Positions 8,920 through 17,574 of a stretch of 64,000 bases of DNA are shown here, piece after piece (position 1 is the stretch's first letter; the number at the start of each line of letters is the position of its first letter). The notes below the pieces were generated by a model. It saw only the letters and a list, made by a program, of their open reading frames with translations, searched no databases and had not been told where the DNA came from. The position numbers were made by a program, and so were the translations under genes. This stretch comes from an uncultured Ruminiclostridium sp. (GTDB lineage: Bacteria > Bacillota > Clostridia > Oscillospirales > Ruminococcaceae). The stretch covers positions 116-64,115 of the forward strand of contig CAZWRZ010000013.1 of the NCBI GenBank assembly GCA_964636555.1, written 5' to 3'.

Positions 8920-10047
8920 TTACGGTTCCTTAAGCGGCTCAAGAGCCAATCCGCCGCTGACTGTGGTTACATACAGAATGTTTGACGGCTCCGAGGGCTT
9001 TTGCAGGTCAATACTTCCGAAAAACCGTTCTTCAAGTCCCATAAGTCCGCCGTCAAGCCAGCCGCTGACCGTTCTGAACTCCAGATCTACTCCCGAATTT
9101 TCGGGCATAAGCACTTTGATATTTCCCTCATTGCTTTCAAATCTACCCTCTGTTGCATATTCCTTATATGAGCAGAAGATCCCTCCGCTTATAGATGCGG
9201 CGTTTATTTCCCTGTCGGCGCTGTTTATATAAATATTTCCGCTTCTGGTTCGGAGCTTGGTGTAAAGGGAGGGAGTGCCTTCAAGGGTTATGGTGCCGCT
9301 TCCGCTGCTCAGATAAAATTCGCGGTAATCGCTTTCGGGCAGCCACACAGTCATCTTGTAGCCGAACTGATCCCGTGCGAACAGCGAAAGGGTGAAGGAG
9401 TCGTCCTGTGTTATTTTAAGGTAATCCTCGCTGCTTTCCTCCACGATAATGGGCATATCGTTGGCGTATTCCACCAGAATTTCTTCTCCCTCATAGCTTT
9501 TTATCTCAAAATCAAGCCCCGAGGTGCTGATGTACAAGTACTTTGCGGCAGGGAAGGAAAGACTCTCCTTTACCACCGTGCTTTGATAGTCCCTTGCAAT
9601 ATCCGTATAACGAAGCCAGATAAACGCCCCCAAGAAAATAAGGGTGAAAATAAGGCTGATGATCAGAAGCCTTGAAAAGCTGAAATTTGAATATATCCTC
9701 CGCCAGCGCTTGTCTCTCACAGCGGCAATGTATTTGTACAGAAGCCTGACAGAAAAGGGGGAAAATACGCAAAGGAAAAAACCGAGGAACACCCCCGCGC
9801 ACAGCATAAGGGCGCCCGCCGCAGTCAAAGTTACGGGAGAAAGATCCGAAACCACCTTCAAGACCTTTACCGCTCCTGTCATATCGATAATTCCAACGGG
9901 CAGACACAAAAGCCCCGCCGACAAAAGCACCAGAGCCGAGACCGCCAAGGCGAAATTTATGATAAAAAGCGTCAAAAAGCCTGCGGCAGCAGGGATCAGC
10001 AAAATCCTTGCAAGGCAAACTTTAAGGGATCTTTCCCCTTTGTCCAT
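8920..10047 (-). CDS. Membrane protein with a DUF4097-like beta-strand repeat domain
   Basis: Three N-terminal hydrophobic segments, then repeated T/S-SG-x-I beta motifs (SSGSGTI, TRSGNI, SISGGI, TVSGGL). Confidence 0.7.
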   Translation of the reverse strand: MDKGERSLKVCLARILLIPAAAGFLTLFIINFALAVSALVLLSAGLLCLPVGIIDMTGAVKVLKVVSDLSPVTLTAAGALMLCAGVFLGFFLCVFSPFSVRLLYKYIAAVRDKRWRRIYSNFSFSRLLIISLIFTLIFLGAFIWLRYTDIARDYQSTVVKESLSFPAAKYLYISTSGLDFEIKSYEGEEILVEYANDMPIIVEESSEDYLKITQDDSFTLSLFARDQFGYKMTVWLPESDYREFYLSSGSGTITLEGTPSLYTKLRTRSGNIYINSADREINAASISGGIFCSYKEYATEGRFESNEGNIKVLMPENSGVDLEFRTVSGWLDGGLMGLEERFFGSIDLQKPSEPSNILYVTTVSGGLALEPLKEP

Positions 10048-10233
10048 TTTATCTTCCTTATATTTTTGTGTTGTTAAAAGTTGTTTTTCTCAAATGAGCA
10101 TCTTATCTCATTATCTGTATTATTTTATCACAATAGAGTTATAGTGTCAAGGGCTTGTGTTTTGACCTTGCCCTTTTATTGCATATCTTCTATACCTTCA
10201 TTTATCTTTATCTTCGCATATATTTACATATCG

Positions 10234-10557
10234 TCATAAATCCCGCTGTTTTCTCTCCCTTGCCGAAATGCTTACAAGGGTATAAACCATTTGCTGTTGA
10301 TCCTCCGACAGAGTACGCAGCTTTGTGATAAGTGAAAGCTCCTTTGCCGAAAGCTCAAAGCCGTTGCCGCCAAGCAAAAGATCTATGGAAACGCTAAGAG
10401 CCGAGGCTATTCTCCTGATCAGCTCAAAATCGGGCTGACGCTTGTCTTTTATATATCCGTTAAGGGTGGTGGGAGCAATGTTTAAGGTCTTGGCAAATTC
10501 CTTCTGCGTTAAGCTCCGTTCTTCCAGCAGCTCGGATAATCTTTCGCCGAAAGTCAT
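10234..10557 (-). CDS. XRE-family HTH transcriptional regulator
   Basis: MTFGERLSELLEERSLTQKEFAKTLNIAPTTLNGYIKDKRQPD; GGAGG SD before ATG 10557. Confidence 0.92.
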   Translation of the reverse strand: MTFGERLSELLEERSLTQKEFAKTLNIAPTTLNGYIKDKRQPDFELIRRIASALSVSIDLLLGGNGFELSAKELSLITKLRTLSEDQQQMVYTLVSISARERKQRDL

Positions 10558-10895
10558 ACAGTCACCTCCTTTGGTGATGAACAAGATCGTTTGAAACTCA
10601 CATTATACCGAAATCCGCATTTTGCGGATTTTACAATAGACACATTATACAACATGGCGGAAAATATTTTGGCTAAATGCACGAAACGAGGATATTGTTA
10701 TTGACAATACTCAAAATGAGTATTATAATAGGGCAGTGGAAAATGTTTTGGGCAGTTTTTAAAAACCCTTGCAAGTTTTTTTACATAACCCACATAAAAT
10801 CAAAAGTCTTTTCGGGCTTGCTGCAAAATCCGGGAGCTTTTTCTTGCAGGGGCTTTTAAAGGCTGTCCGCATAATAATGTTTAAGGAGAATTCTT

Positions 10896-11267
10896 ATGGA
10901 TAATGTTGTAATTCCCAATGCGCCCGCTGCTGTTTCTCCGGTGGAGACGGTACCTTATACCGCACCCCGTCCGCCTGTTTACGGTGAATATACGCGTATA
11001 ACCTTTGACAGCAAAACGGGCGAAATGGTAAAGGATAAGTATATAAGAAGCAAAGATACTGCCTTTAAGCTGCAGCTGATAGGATTGATTGCAGGCATTT
11101 TGTGCTTTCCTCTTCTTTTTGGATTGGGCGATTTTTATTGCCGCAGAATAGGAAAGGGTTTATTAAAAACATTTACTGCCGGCGGATTTTATGTTTGGGC
11201 AATAATTGATATTATCAAGTCTCACAAGGGCGAGTATAATACCAACGGAAAATGTATTTTACTGTAA
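10896..11267 (+). CDS. TM2-domain membrane protein
   Basis: LFGLGDFYCRRIGKGLLKTFTAGGFYVWAIIDII matches the TM2 pattern; AAGGAG SD. Confidence 0.8.
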   Translation: MDNVVIPNAPAAVSPVETVPYTAPRPPVYGEYTRITFDSKTGEMVKDKYIRSKDTAFKLQLIGLIAGILCFPLLFGLGDFYCRRIGKGLLKTFTAGGFYVWAIIDIIKSHKGEYNTNGKCILL

Positions 11268-11282
11268 ATCGGGAGGAAAGCT

Positions 11283-12071
11283 ATGAATGAAATCTATAAG
11301 GAGTACAGAAACCAAAACAAAGTAGTGCCGTATCTTGATATAATAGCCTATCCCGAGGGGTATGAGGATAACAGTATTCCGCAGCCTGTTTTTTCAAAAT
11401 GGGCGGTTAATATGAAATCCTCGGGAAATGTTGATAAAATGGCTCTTGCGGGAAACGGCTTGAAGGCTTTTGGAGGTGCGGCTCTGGGTCTGTTTTCACT
11501 GACTACTGGAGTCAGCGGTGCAGCAGAAGGCTTTAGTAAGGTTATCAGCGAAGGCGGCAAAGCGATAAATACTGTAAACAACAGTAATGTGTACGCGCTC
11601 GGATCGGCGGCAGATACATTTATAGATTATGAAAAGAATTTTTGGGAGAATTATTATCATCTGATGACCTTTGAGCCCGCCAAGGGAAATTTGGGAGAGG
11701 AACATATAGGAAAAGAAAGCGGACTTTTCTGCTTGGGGCATTGGTTCTATGAAAACGGAGATTATTTTGAGGGAACCCTTTACAACGATGGACAGCGCAG
11801 CGGAATCTTTGTTTTCGCAAACGGTATAAGATACTTCGGCAACATTGCCGACGGATTAAAGATAAGTCATGGCGTTGAGATAACTCCCGACGGCAGCAGA
11901 AAATGCGGATTGTTTGAAAACGGCGAGTTGTCCGTAGGTCTTTTTGAGTCGGAACAGTGCGCTATGTGGGGACAATGGTCCGAGGGAGTTCTCCACGGTC
12001 AGGGCATTGCGCGTTATGCGGATAACAGCGTTTTTGTAGGTCAATGGTCTCACGGACAGCCGGTGCAGTGA
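11283..12071 (+). CDS. MORN-repeat protein with a Gly/Ala-rich N-terminal segment
   Basis: YENGDYFEGTL, FANGIRYFGNI, YADNSVFVGQWSHGQP repeats. Confidence 0.75.
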   Translation: MNEIYKEYRNQNKVVPYLDIIAYPEGYEDNSIPQPVFSKWAVNMKSSGNVDKMALAGNGLKAFGGAALGLFSLTTGVSGAAEGFSKVISEGGKAINTVNNSNVYALGSAADTFIDYEKNFWENYYHLMTFEPAKGNLGEEHIGKESGLFCLGHWFYENGDYFEGTLYNDGQRSGIFVFANGIRYFGNIADGLKISHGVEITPDGSRKCGLFENGELSVGLFESEQCAMWGQWSEGVLHGQGIARYADNSVFVGQWSHGQPVQ

Positions 12072-12072
12072 T

Positions 12073-13149
12073 ATGGAAGAGCTTGAAGAAAAATATAAAA
12101 CAGCAATAGACAAGGCAAACAAAGCCGAAACAGATGAACAGTTCAGCGAGGCGGTCTCCATGCTTATGGAAATATCCGCCGATTATCCGAAAGCCGCCTT
12201 TGAAGTATATGTTGCATTAAAAAGGTGCGGATATACCAAGGAAGCATATTTTTACTTAACGCTTTCCGCGGGACAGGATTATGAAAAAGCGTGTGTGATA
12301 TTGGGGAATTGCCTTGTGCAGGGACAGTATTTTGAAAAGAATGAAGAAGCCGCCAAAAATATTTGGCTGAAATATCCCGAAAATGCGGCAGCGCTGTGCG
12401 GCTTGGGCTGTCTTTATATTATGGGAGAAGAAATATCGCACGATCAGCAAAAAGCAGTAGAATATTTTGCAAAGTCGTCAGGAATGGGATATGCACAGGC
12501 AAGCTATAATATTGCTTTAATGTGTGCGGGAGAAACAGGGCTGCAGCGAAACGAAAAGCAAATGTTTGATTGGCTGAATACCGCAGTTTCTCAGGGAAGC
12601 GGCGACGCTTGTTTTTATGCCGCACAGGAATATTATTCCTTGGGAAAGAAAATGGACGCCATGGGCTGTCTTGTTAAGGGTATGAAATTAGGTCATAAGG
12701 GCTGCGCCGAGGTATGCCCAAAGCTCAGAAAAGAGCTTTCCCGACAGAATACAGTATACCACGGAAAAATATATCAGTCAGCAACAAACGAAGCTGAGTT
12801 TTCATATACGGGTCAGGCGGAGCTTGTTTACCGTACAGAAGCGGAACGTGCGGAGACCATACAGCGCCGCAGTAAGGTGATGGACGCCGCCGCAGCATAT
12901 TCGGGCGGCGGTTTTGTGGATTATGACACGGGCTTTATTATGGACAAGGACGGGAACACGGTTATTGCTGACGAATCCGGCTTTGCTTTTTCCAAAGAAG
13001 GCGCTATGTATTATGATAATGACACAAATTATCTTTTTGGCAGTAGGGGAACCGTATTGTTTGACGAAAATATGCAGTATATGTATGATATGCAGAAATC
13101 AAAGGCGTCAATGATATTTAAGGTAAACGATTTTATCACTGCCACGTAA
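12073..13149 (+). CDS. SEL1-like repeat (TPR) protein with an unassigned C-terminal domain
   Basis: ALCGLGCLYIMGEEISHDQQKAVEYFAKSSGMGYAQASYNIALM and further Sel1 repeats. Confidence 0.85.
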   Translation: MEELEEKYKTAIDKANKAETDEQFSEAVSMLMEISADYPKAAFEVYVALKRCGYTKEAYFYLTLSAGQDYEKACVILGNCLVQGQYFEKNEEAAKNIWLKYPENAAALCGLGCLYIMGEEISHDQQKAVEYFAKSSGMGYAQASYNIALMCAGETGLQRNEKQMFDWLNTAVSQGSGDACFYAAQEYYSLGKKMDAMGCLVKGMKLGHKGCAEVCPKLRKELSRQNTVYHGKIYQSATNEAEFSYTGQAELVYRTEAERAETIQRRSKVMDAAAAYSGGGFVDYDTGFIMDKDGNTVIADESGFAFSKEGAMYYDNDTNYLFGSRGTVLFDENMQYMYDMQKSKASMIFKVNDFITAT

Positions 13150-13188
13150 TTTTGAAAATCCTCAAAAAGGTTTTATAAAGCAAAAAAC

Positions 13189-13230
13189 AAAAGCACCCCG
13201 TTTTAGATTATCGGGGCGCTTTTGTGTTTT
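13189..13230. terminator. Bidirectional intrinsic terminator
   Basis: AAAAGCACCCCG-N11-CGGGGCGCTTTT between convergent genes. Confidence 0.8.
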
Positions 13231-13255
13231 TTATGTACTTCATTCAAAAATTGTT

Positions 13256-14305
13256 TCAGGTGACGATTTTCAAAGCGGAAACCCCGCTTTTCATAACCAT
13301 TTTTCTCAAAAACGGCTGATACATAAAGGGACATTTCAGCACCTTCCCCATAAGCTTCAGTTTAAGAGAAAGAGCGGCTTTGGCGTACCGTTTTTCTATG
13401 CCCTTGTCCCCTTTCAAAAAACATTCCGCCAATAAAAGCGCGCTGTTAATGGCAAAGCTGAACCCTTCAAGAGAGCTTGGACTGATAAAGCCCGCCGCCT
13501 CGCCTATAAGCAGAACGCCGTTTTTACCGCAGACGAAATCCGACATTTTCTTTGGGCGGTACACAAGGCAAGCCTCGGTCTTAACAGGCTCGCCGAATTT
13601 AAAGCCCCATTTTTCGCTTAGCTTTTCCTTTTGCCTTTCAAAGCGTTCACGGCAGTTTTTATGCGGAAATGCTCCGCCGAAAATAAAGTAATCGTCCTTG
13701 CTTATTGACCATGAACAGCAGTCGGAGGTTTCGGGGTCGAAAATACAGGAGTAAAAGGGGTTTGGATTGCTTTCCTTGAACCACTGCTGAATGGCGGTAT
13801 AGCTGCGTATCTTTCTTTTGGGAAAAAAGCTCTTTCTCACAAGAGAGCCTGCTCCGTCAGCCCCCACAACATATTTGGCGGTAACGGTTTTGTCCCCATA
13901 GCTTACGGCAAACCCGCCCCCGACCGCTTTTATTTCCCTTGCCTTGGCAATTATTATATCCGCATTCTGAGGAATGAGCCCTCTCAGCCACAAATCAAAG
14001 CGGTGACGGTCAAGATTCACATAAAACCTTTGATAATGCCGTATAAGTTTGTTTTTCAAATCAATAGTCCTTACCGCAAAGATCTGAGGGTCAACGATAA
14101 CCGATTTGGGCAAGGTTAAATCAAATCTCGCCAAAGCCTTTTGAGCGTCCTCGGAAAGAAGTCCGCCGCAGGGCTTTTTAAAGCTGTCATCGCCGTCGTT
14201 TTTGGGGTCTATTACCGCGATCTTATATTTAGCCGCCAGCAGCCGCGCAAGGGTGCAGCCTGCAGGTCCCGCTCCGATAATCGCTATATCGTAATCTGTT
14301 TGCAT
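13256..14305 (-). CDS. FAD-dependent oxidoreductase, geranylgeranyl-reductase/CbrA-like
   Basis: DIAIIGAGPAG, KPCGGLLS, VVGADGAGS, LIGEAAGFISPSSLEG; likely start MQTDYD at 14305. Confidence 0.8.
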   Translation of the reverse strand: MQTDYDIAIIGAGPAGCTLARLLAAKYKIAVIDPKNDGDDSFKKPCGGLLSEDAQKALARFDLTLPKSVIVDPQIFAVRTIDLKNKLIRHYQRFYVNLDRHRFDLWLRGLIPQNADIIIAKAREIKAVGGGFAVSYGDKTVTAKYVVGADGAGSLVRKSFFPKRKIRSYTAIQQWFKESNPNPFYSCIFDPETSDCCSWSISKDDYFIFGGAFPHKNCRERFERQKEKLSEKWGFKFGEPVKTEACLVYRPKKMSDFVCGKNGVLLIGEAAGFISPSSLEGFSFAINSALLLAECFLKGDKGIEKRYAKAALSLKLKLMGKVLKCPFMYQPFLRKMVMKSGVSALKIVT

Positions 14306-14354
14306 TTTCTTTTTTCCTCTTGACAAAGGGTTTATTTTAAGGTATAATATAAAC

Positions 14355-14448
14355 ATAAAAAGAGGGCGGCAGGCAGTGCCTCCGCTTCTGAACAGTTAAT
14401 ATCTTTTAATAACTGCCTAAGGCGTCAACATTAGGGCAGTTATTTTTT
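14355..14448 (+). ncRNA. Antisense antitoxin RNA of type I TA module 1
   Basis: TTGACA(14320)-17-TATAAT(14343); terminator AATAACTGCC...GGCAGTTATTTTTT overlapping the toxin stop on the other strand. Confidence 0.75.
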
Positions 14449-14544
14449 ATTACTCTTGAAGTACCCAAGAGCAAGAAAAACTACTGTAACAACTTCTATC
14501 AAAAGAGACAGAAGCTGAAGTAACTCATTTAATGTTATGTATAT
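14440..14544 (-). CDS. Type I toxin-like hydrophobic peptide 1 (34 aa, ATA where the paralog has ATG)
   Basis: (I/M)YITLNELLQLLSLLIEVVTVVFLALGYFKSNKK; GGGGGTGA SD; promoter -35 14715-14720, -10 14692-14697; colinear with peptide 3. Confidence 0.7.
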   Translation of the reverse strand: MYITLNELLQLLSLLIEVVTVVFLALGYFKSNKK

Positions 14545-14745
14545 TTCTCTCACCCCCTTTCAGTAATAGTATAGGATATTTGCGTGCTGTTCCAAGGAAC
14601 AGCGTTATTACTGATCAGAAGCTTTAAAAACAATTACCCGCCGCCTGAGGTTCGCCCTCGGTGGTACTCCCTGAAACGGTTTCCCAAGGCTATTATAATA
14701 TAATTTTCACAGTTTGTCAAATTGTGTCAAGGCATAAGGAGCGAT

Positions 14746-15210
14746 ATGGAACAGGCTTTTTACAAAACAAAATTCGGCAATATCAAAATAGAATATGAGG
14801 GCAATATGCTGTTTTCATTAAAGACCGTTGGGGAAGCTTCGGGGAATGGCTTGAGAACAGAGTTTACCGATAAGGTTTTCACACAACTCGAGGAGTATTT
14901 CATCGGAACAAGAAAAAGCTTTGACATACCCTACAGGCTCACGGGAACGGAGTTTCAGCTAAAGGTATGGCGGGAGCTGGAAAAAATACCCTACGGAAAT
15001 ACCAAAACATACAAGGAAATTGCGGACGGCATAGGGAGGAGCAAGGCAGTAAGAGCGGTAGGAAGCGCCTGCGGTAAAAATCCTGCTTGGATAATAGTCC
15101 CATGTCACCGGGTGATTGGTTCCGACGGAAAACTGACAGGTTATGCAGGCGGTGTTGATATGAAGGGAGAACTGCTTGAAATAGAGAAGCATAGTTCCGC
15201 AAATAATTGA
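14746..15210 (+). CDS. ogt: Methylated-DNA--protein-cysteine methyltransferase
   Basis: GTEFQLKVW, IPYG, AVRAVGSACGKNP, PCHRV active site. Confidence 0.95.
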   Translation: MEQAFYKTKFGNIKIEYEGNMLFSLKTVGEASGNGLRTEFTDKVFTQLEEYFIGTRKSFDIPYRLTGTEFQLKVWRELEKIPYGNTKTYKEIADGIGRSKAVRAVGSACGKNPAWIIVPCHRVIGSDGKLTGYAGGVDMKGELLEIEKHSSANN

Positions 15211-15327
15211 CAAATTTTGAAATTAGGGATATAATTATAAACGAGGAAACCAAAGACGATAGGCGGTTAATAATGCTCCCGGACAGCAAGAAACATCATG
15301 CGCTGTCTTAAAAAGGGGGTGATAGGA

Positions 15328-15429
15328 ATGGGCTATTACATAACTATGTCTGATTTGATTCAGATGTTGACGCTTATATGCGTGATAATAGAACTGATAC
15401 TATCTATTCGCAAGAATACAAAAAAATAA
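15328..15429 (+). CDS. Type I toxin-like hydrophobic peptide 2 (33 aa)
   Basis: MGYYITMSDLIQMLTLICVIIELILSIRKNTKK; GGGGGTGA SD; promoter TTGACA(15207)-17-TATAAT(15230). Confidence 0.8.
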   Translation: MGYYITMSDLIQMLTLICVIIELILSIRKNTKK

Positions 15430-15505
15430 TCGCCTCAACTTGCAACTAAGGGCGATTATTTTTATTTAAAAACGTTCAAGGGAGCAACCGTCTATCGGTT
15501 TCCTC
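15421..15505 (-). ncRNA. Antisense antitoxin RNA of type I TA module 2
   Basis: Minus-strand TTGACT(15534-15539)-16-TATAAT(15512-15517); terminator AATAATCGCC...GGCGATTATTTTTT. Confidence 0.72.
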
Positions 15506-15554
15506 TTTTTTATTATAGTATCTTTTCGAAAAAAGTCAAGTGCTTTTCAGAAAA

Positions 15555-16550
15555 TCAAGACCCCGCCCTGCTTTTATCCTCCGACAAAATATCCAGCCAA
15601 TCCTCGGGAAATCCCAGCATAGACAGCTCCACAACCTCCTTGTAATCAAAATAAAGCCTTCTGAACTGCCTTAAAAAGCCGTCGCGCCACTTAAAGGGCT
15701 GCCTGTAAAGCTCCTTCATAACGAGTATGTACTCAAAAACCGTACCCTCGCTTGAATGAAGATCTCCCATTTCCCAATCGTAAAGTCTGTGATAGTGGGC
15801 GCAGTGATTGCGGAAATCAGACATCTTATGCAGCTTCATTTCCAGATCGCCCGAAGAGGTGTTGTAGTGTTTTTTCGATATATCCATTTTGTCGCCGGGC
15901 TTCAGATCCGCATAGAACATATTCAAGCCGCCGAAGCTGAACAACTCCATTATTACCCACAGAGGGAACTGTCCAGCGTGCTTTCTCAGATAGTGCTGCA
16001 CCATTTCGCTGTCCTCGTTGCTTTCCACCAGCCTGCTTATGCGGGACAGGAAGGATTTGTGATTATGGACATGGCTGAAGGTTTCCGGGCTGAGATATCC
16101 CGTTGCACCGTACTTTATGGCATGATAGTTGGAGCAGTGGGCGCGGAAGGCAATCTCTATTTCCTCTAAGGTTCCCATTAAAAGAGAACGCAGTTTGCGG
16201 TCAAAGTCGTAAACAAGCAGAACCTCGTTGAATTTTGTGCCCTCTCTGTACTTGCCGTCCTTCTGCAAATACAGCGAAAAATAGTGAGCCAAGCGGAAGT
16301 AATTTATGTTGGTAAGGGTTTCAAGAGCAAACTCCTCGTCCTCAACGATACAGCCTCTTTCTTTCAGCTTTGCAAGCTGCTCCGCGACGGTGGCGGGGAG
16401 CTTTGCTCTCGGATCCTTTTTGGGATTTTTGTTTTTTGCGGTTATTTCCCTTTGCTCGTGATCCCTTGTATAGTCTTCTTCTCTGACTTGTTTCTGCCGA
16501 GGCTGATTTTTGGGATTGCCTGTTGGTCGGTTGTTGTAGCCCTTGCTCAT
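15555..16550 (-). CDS. Abi-family (Abi_2/AbiD/AbiF-like) HEPN protein
   Basis: EQLAKLKERG...INYFRL...VYDFDRKLR...LEEIEIAFR, PLWVIMELFSFG, intact HEPN RNHCAH. Confidence 0.88.
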   Translation of the reverse strand: MSKGYNNRPTGNPKNQPRQKQVREEDYTRDHEQREITAKNKNPKKDPRAKLPATVAEQLAKLKERGCIVEDEEFALETLTNINYFRLAHYFSLYLQKDGKYREGTKFNEVLLVYDFDRKLRSLLMGTLEEIEIAFRAHCSNYHAIKYGATGYLSPETFSHVHNHKSFLSRISRLVESNEDSEMVQHYLRKHAGQFPLWVIMELFSFGGLNMFYADLKPGDKMDISKKHYNTSSGDLEMKLHKMSDFRNHCAHYHRLYDWEMGDLHSSEGTVFEYILVMKELYRQPFKWRDGFLRQFRRLYFDYKEVVELSMLGFPEDWLDILSEDKSRAGS

Positions 16551-16574
16551 AATTGCTCCTGATTTGTGTTTGGT

Positions 16575-16895
16575 GTTTTAGGAAAGTTGTGCTGATTTGG
16601 GTTCTCTCAAGAAAGTTGTGTTGATTTATGCCCGCTCTTCGGGAAGTTGGCGGTGATTTACTGATTTAAAAGAATTTCAAAATTCTTAAAATAAAGACTC
16701 CATGCCGCAAGCGGCATTCTGCTTTATTTTAAGAACCGGTCAGAATTTTCGTTGAAAATTCTGACGCTTTTTGAAATTCGTGCTATCAAGAAAGTTGCGG
16801 GAGTGGTGATCCGCTCTTCGGAATTTTGTGCTGATTTTTACTGCTCTTTTAGGGAAGTTGTGTGAATAGATGCCCGCTTTTAGCAGATGTTGCAC
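16575..16895 (+). repeat. Modular intergenic element, family 1 copy B
   Basis: Same outer frame (16661-16789) with different inner hairpins (TTCTTAAAATAAAG stem with nested ATGCCGCAAGCGGCAT; GTCAGAATTTTC-GTT-GAAAATTCTGAC); about 30-bp units on both sides. Confidence 0.92.
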
Positions 16896-17570
16896 TTATT
16901 TAATATTTTCCGCCGTATTTGGTCTTTTAACGTCTACCACAAAGCTCGTATCCGACATTAGCTTCAGCAGATCATCCGTGCCGTGTTCTATCTTGTACTC
17001 CATTTCCTCGCGGTAAATAGGAATAAGCTGATAAAAGTTGACGGGGTCGCCGCCCGGAAGAGTGCAGGTGTTGCTTTCGCCGACCATGGGATCAATAAGC
17101 AGTGCGCCGCAAAATTCGGTGTTATCTGCATAAGCGCCCTGATTATCCACCGAATGTCCCCAGCCTAACCATGTGTCGCAGGCAATAGGCAGCCTTGCGG
17201 TGCTTTTCAGAAGCCGAATGGGCCAATACCACTTTTCGTCCTTTTCGGGTATTACCCAATCGGTCGGAAGAGTGATGAGCAGCTCCGCTCTTTCCAGCTT
17301 ATACTCCGCCAATTCGGGAGGAACATTCATTTTATGCGCCCCCATTCCCATAGTGACCAAGGTGTAGTAATTCCTGTCCCCAGCAGGGGGAATAAACAAT
17401 ATATCAACATGAATATCGGGCGACACTATTTCGTGAAATACGTTGTTGAATTCGCCGAAGCTTTGGCTGACAAAGCTGTCAACAGTCTCCATTTCCTCTT
17501 GGCTGTACATTTCGGGAGCCATGCCGTCGGAATGCTCATTGCTTTTCTTTTTTCCGCCAAACAGTTTCAT
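16896..17570 (-). CDS. Suppressor-of-fused (SUFU) domain protein
   Basis: HEIVSPDIHVDI, YTLVTMGMGAHKMNVP, RAELLITLP, WLGWGH, FYQLIPIYREE. Confidence 0.88.
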   Translation of the reverse strand: MKLFGGKKKSNEHSDGMAPEMYSQEEMETVDSFVSQSFGEFNNVFHEIVSPDIHVDILFIPPAGDRNYYTLVTMGMGAHKMNVPPELAEYKLERAELLITLPTDWVIPEKDEKWYWPIRLLKSTARLPIACDTWLGWGHSVDNQGAYADNTEFCGALLIDPMVGESNTCTLPGGDPVNFYQLIPIYREEMEYKIEHGTDDLLKLMSDTSFVVDVKRPNTAENIK

Positions 17571-17574
17571 AGTT

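Noticed and set aside
13256-14305. CbrA-like oxidoreductase as a colicin M resistance gene
   Set aside because: Only family-level FAD motifs are visible; substrate cannot be inferred.
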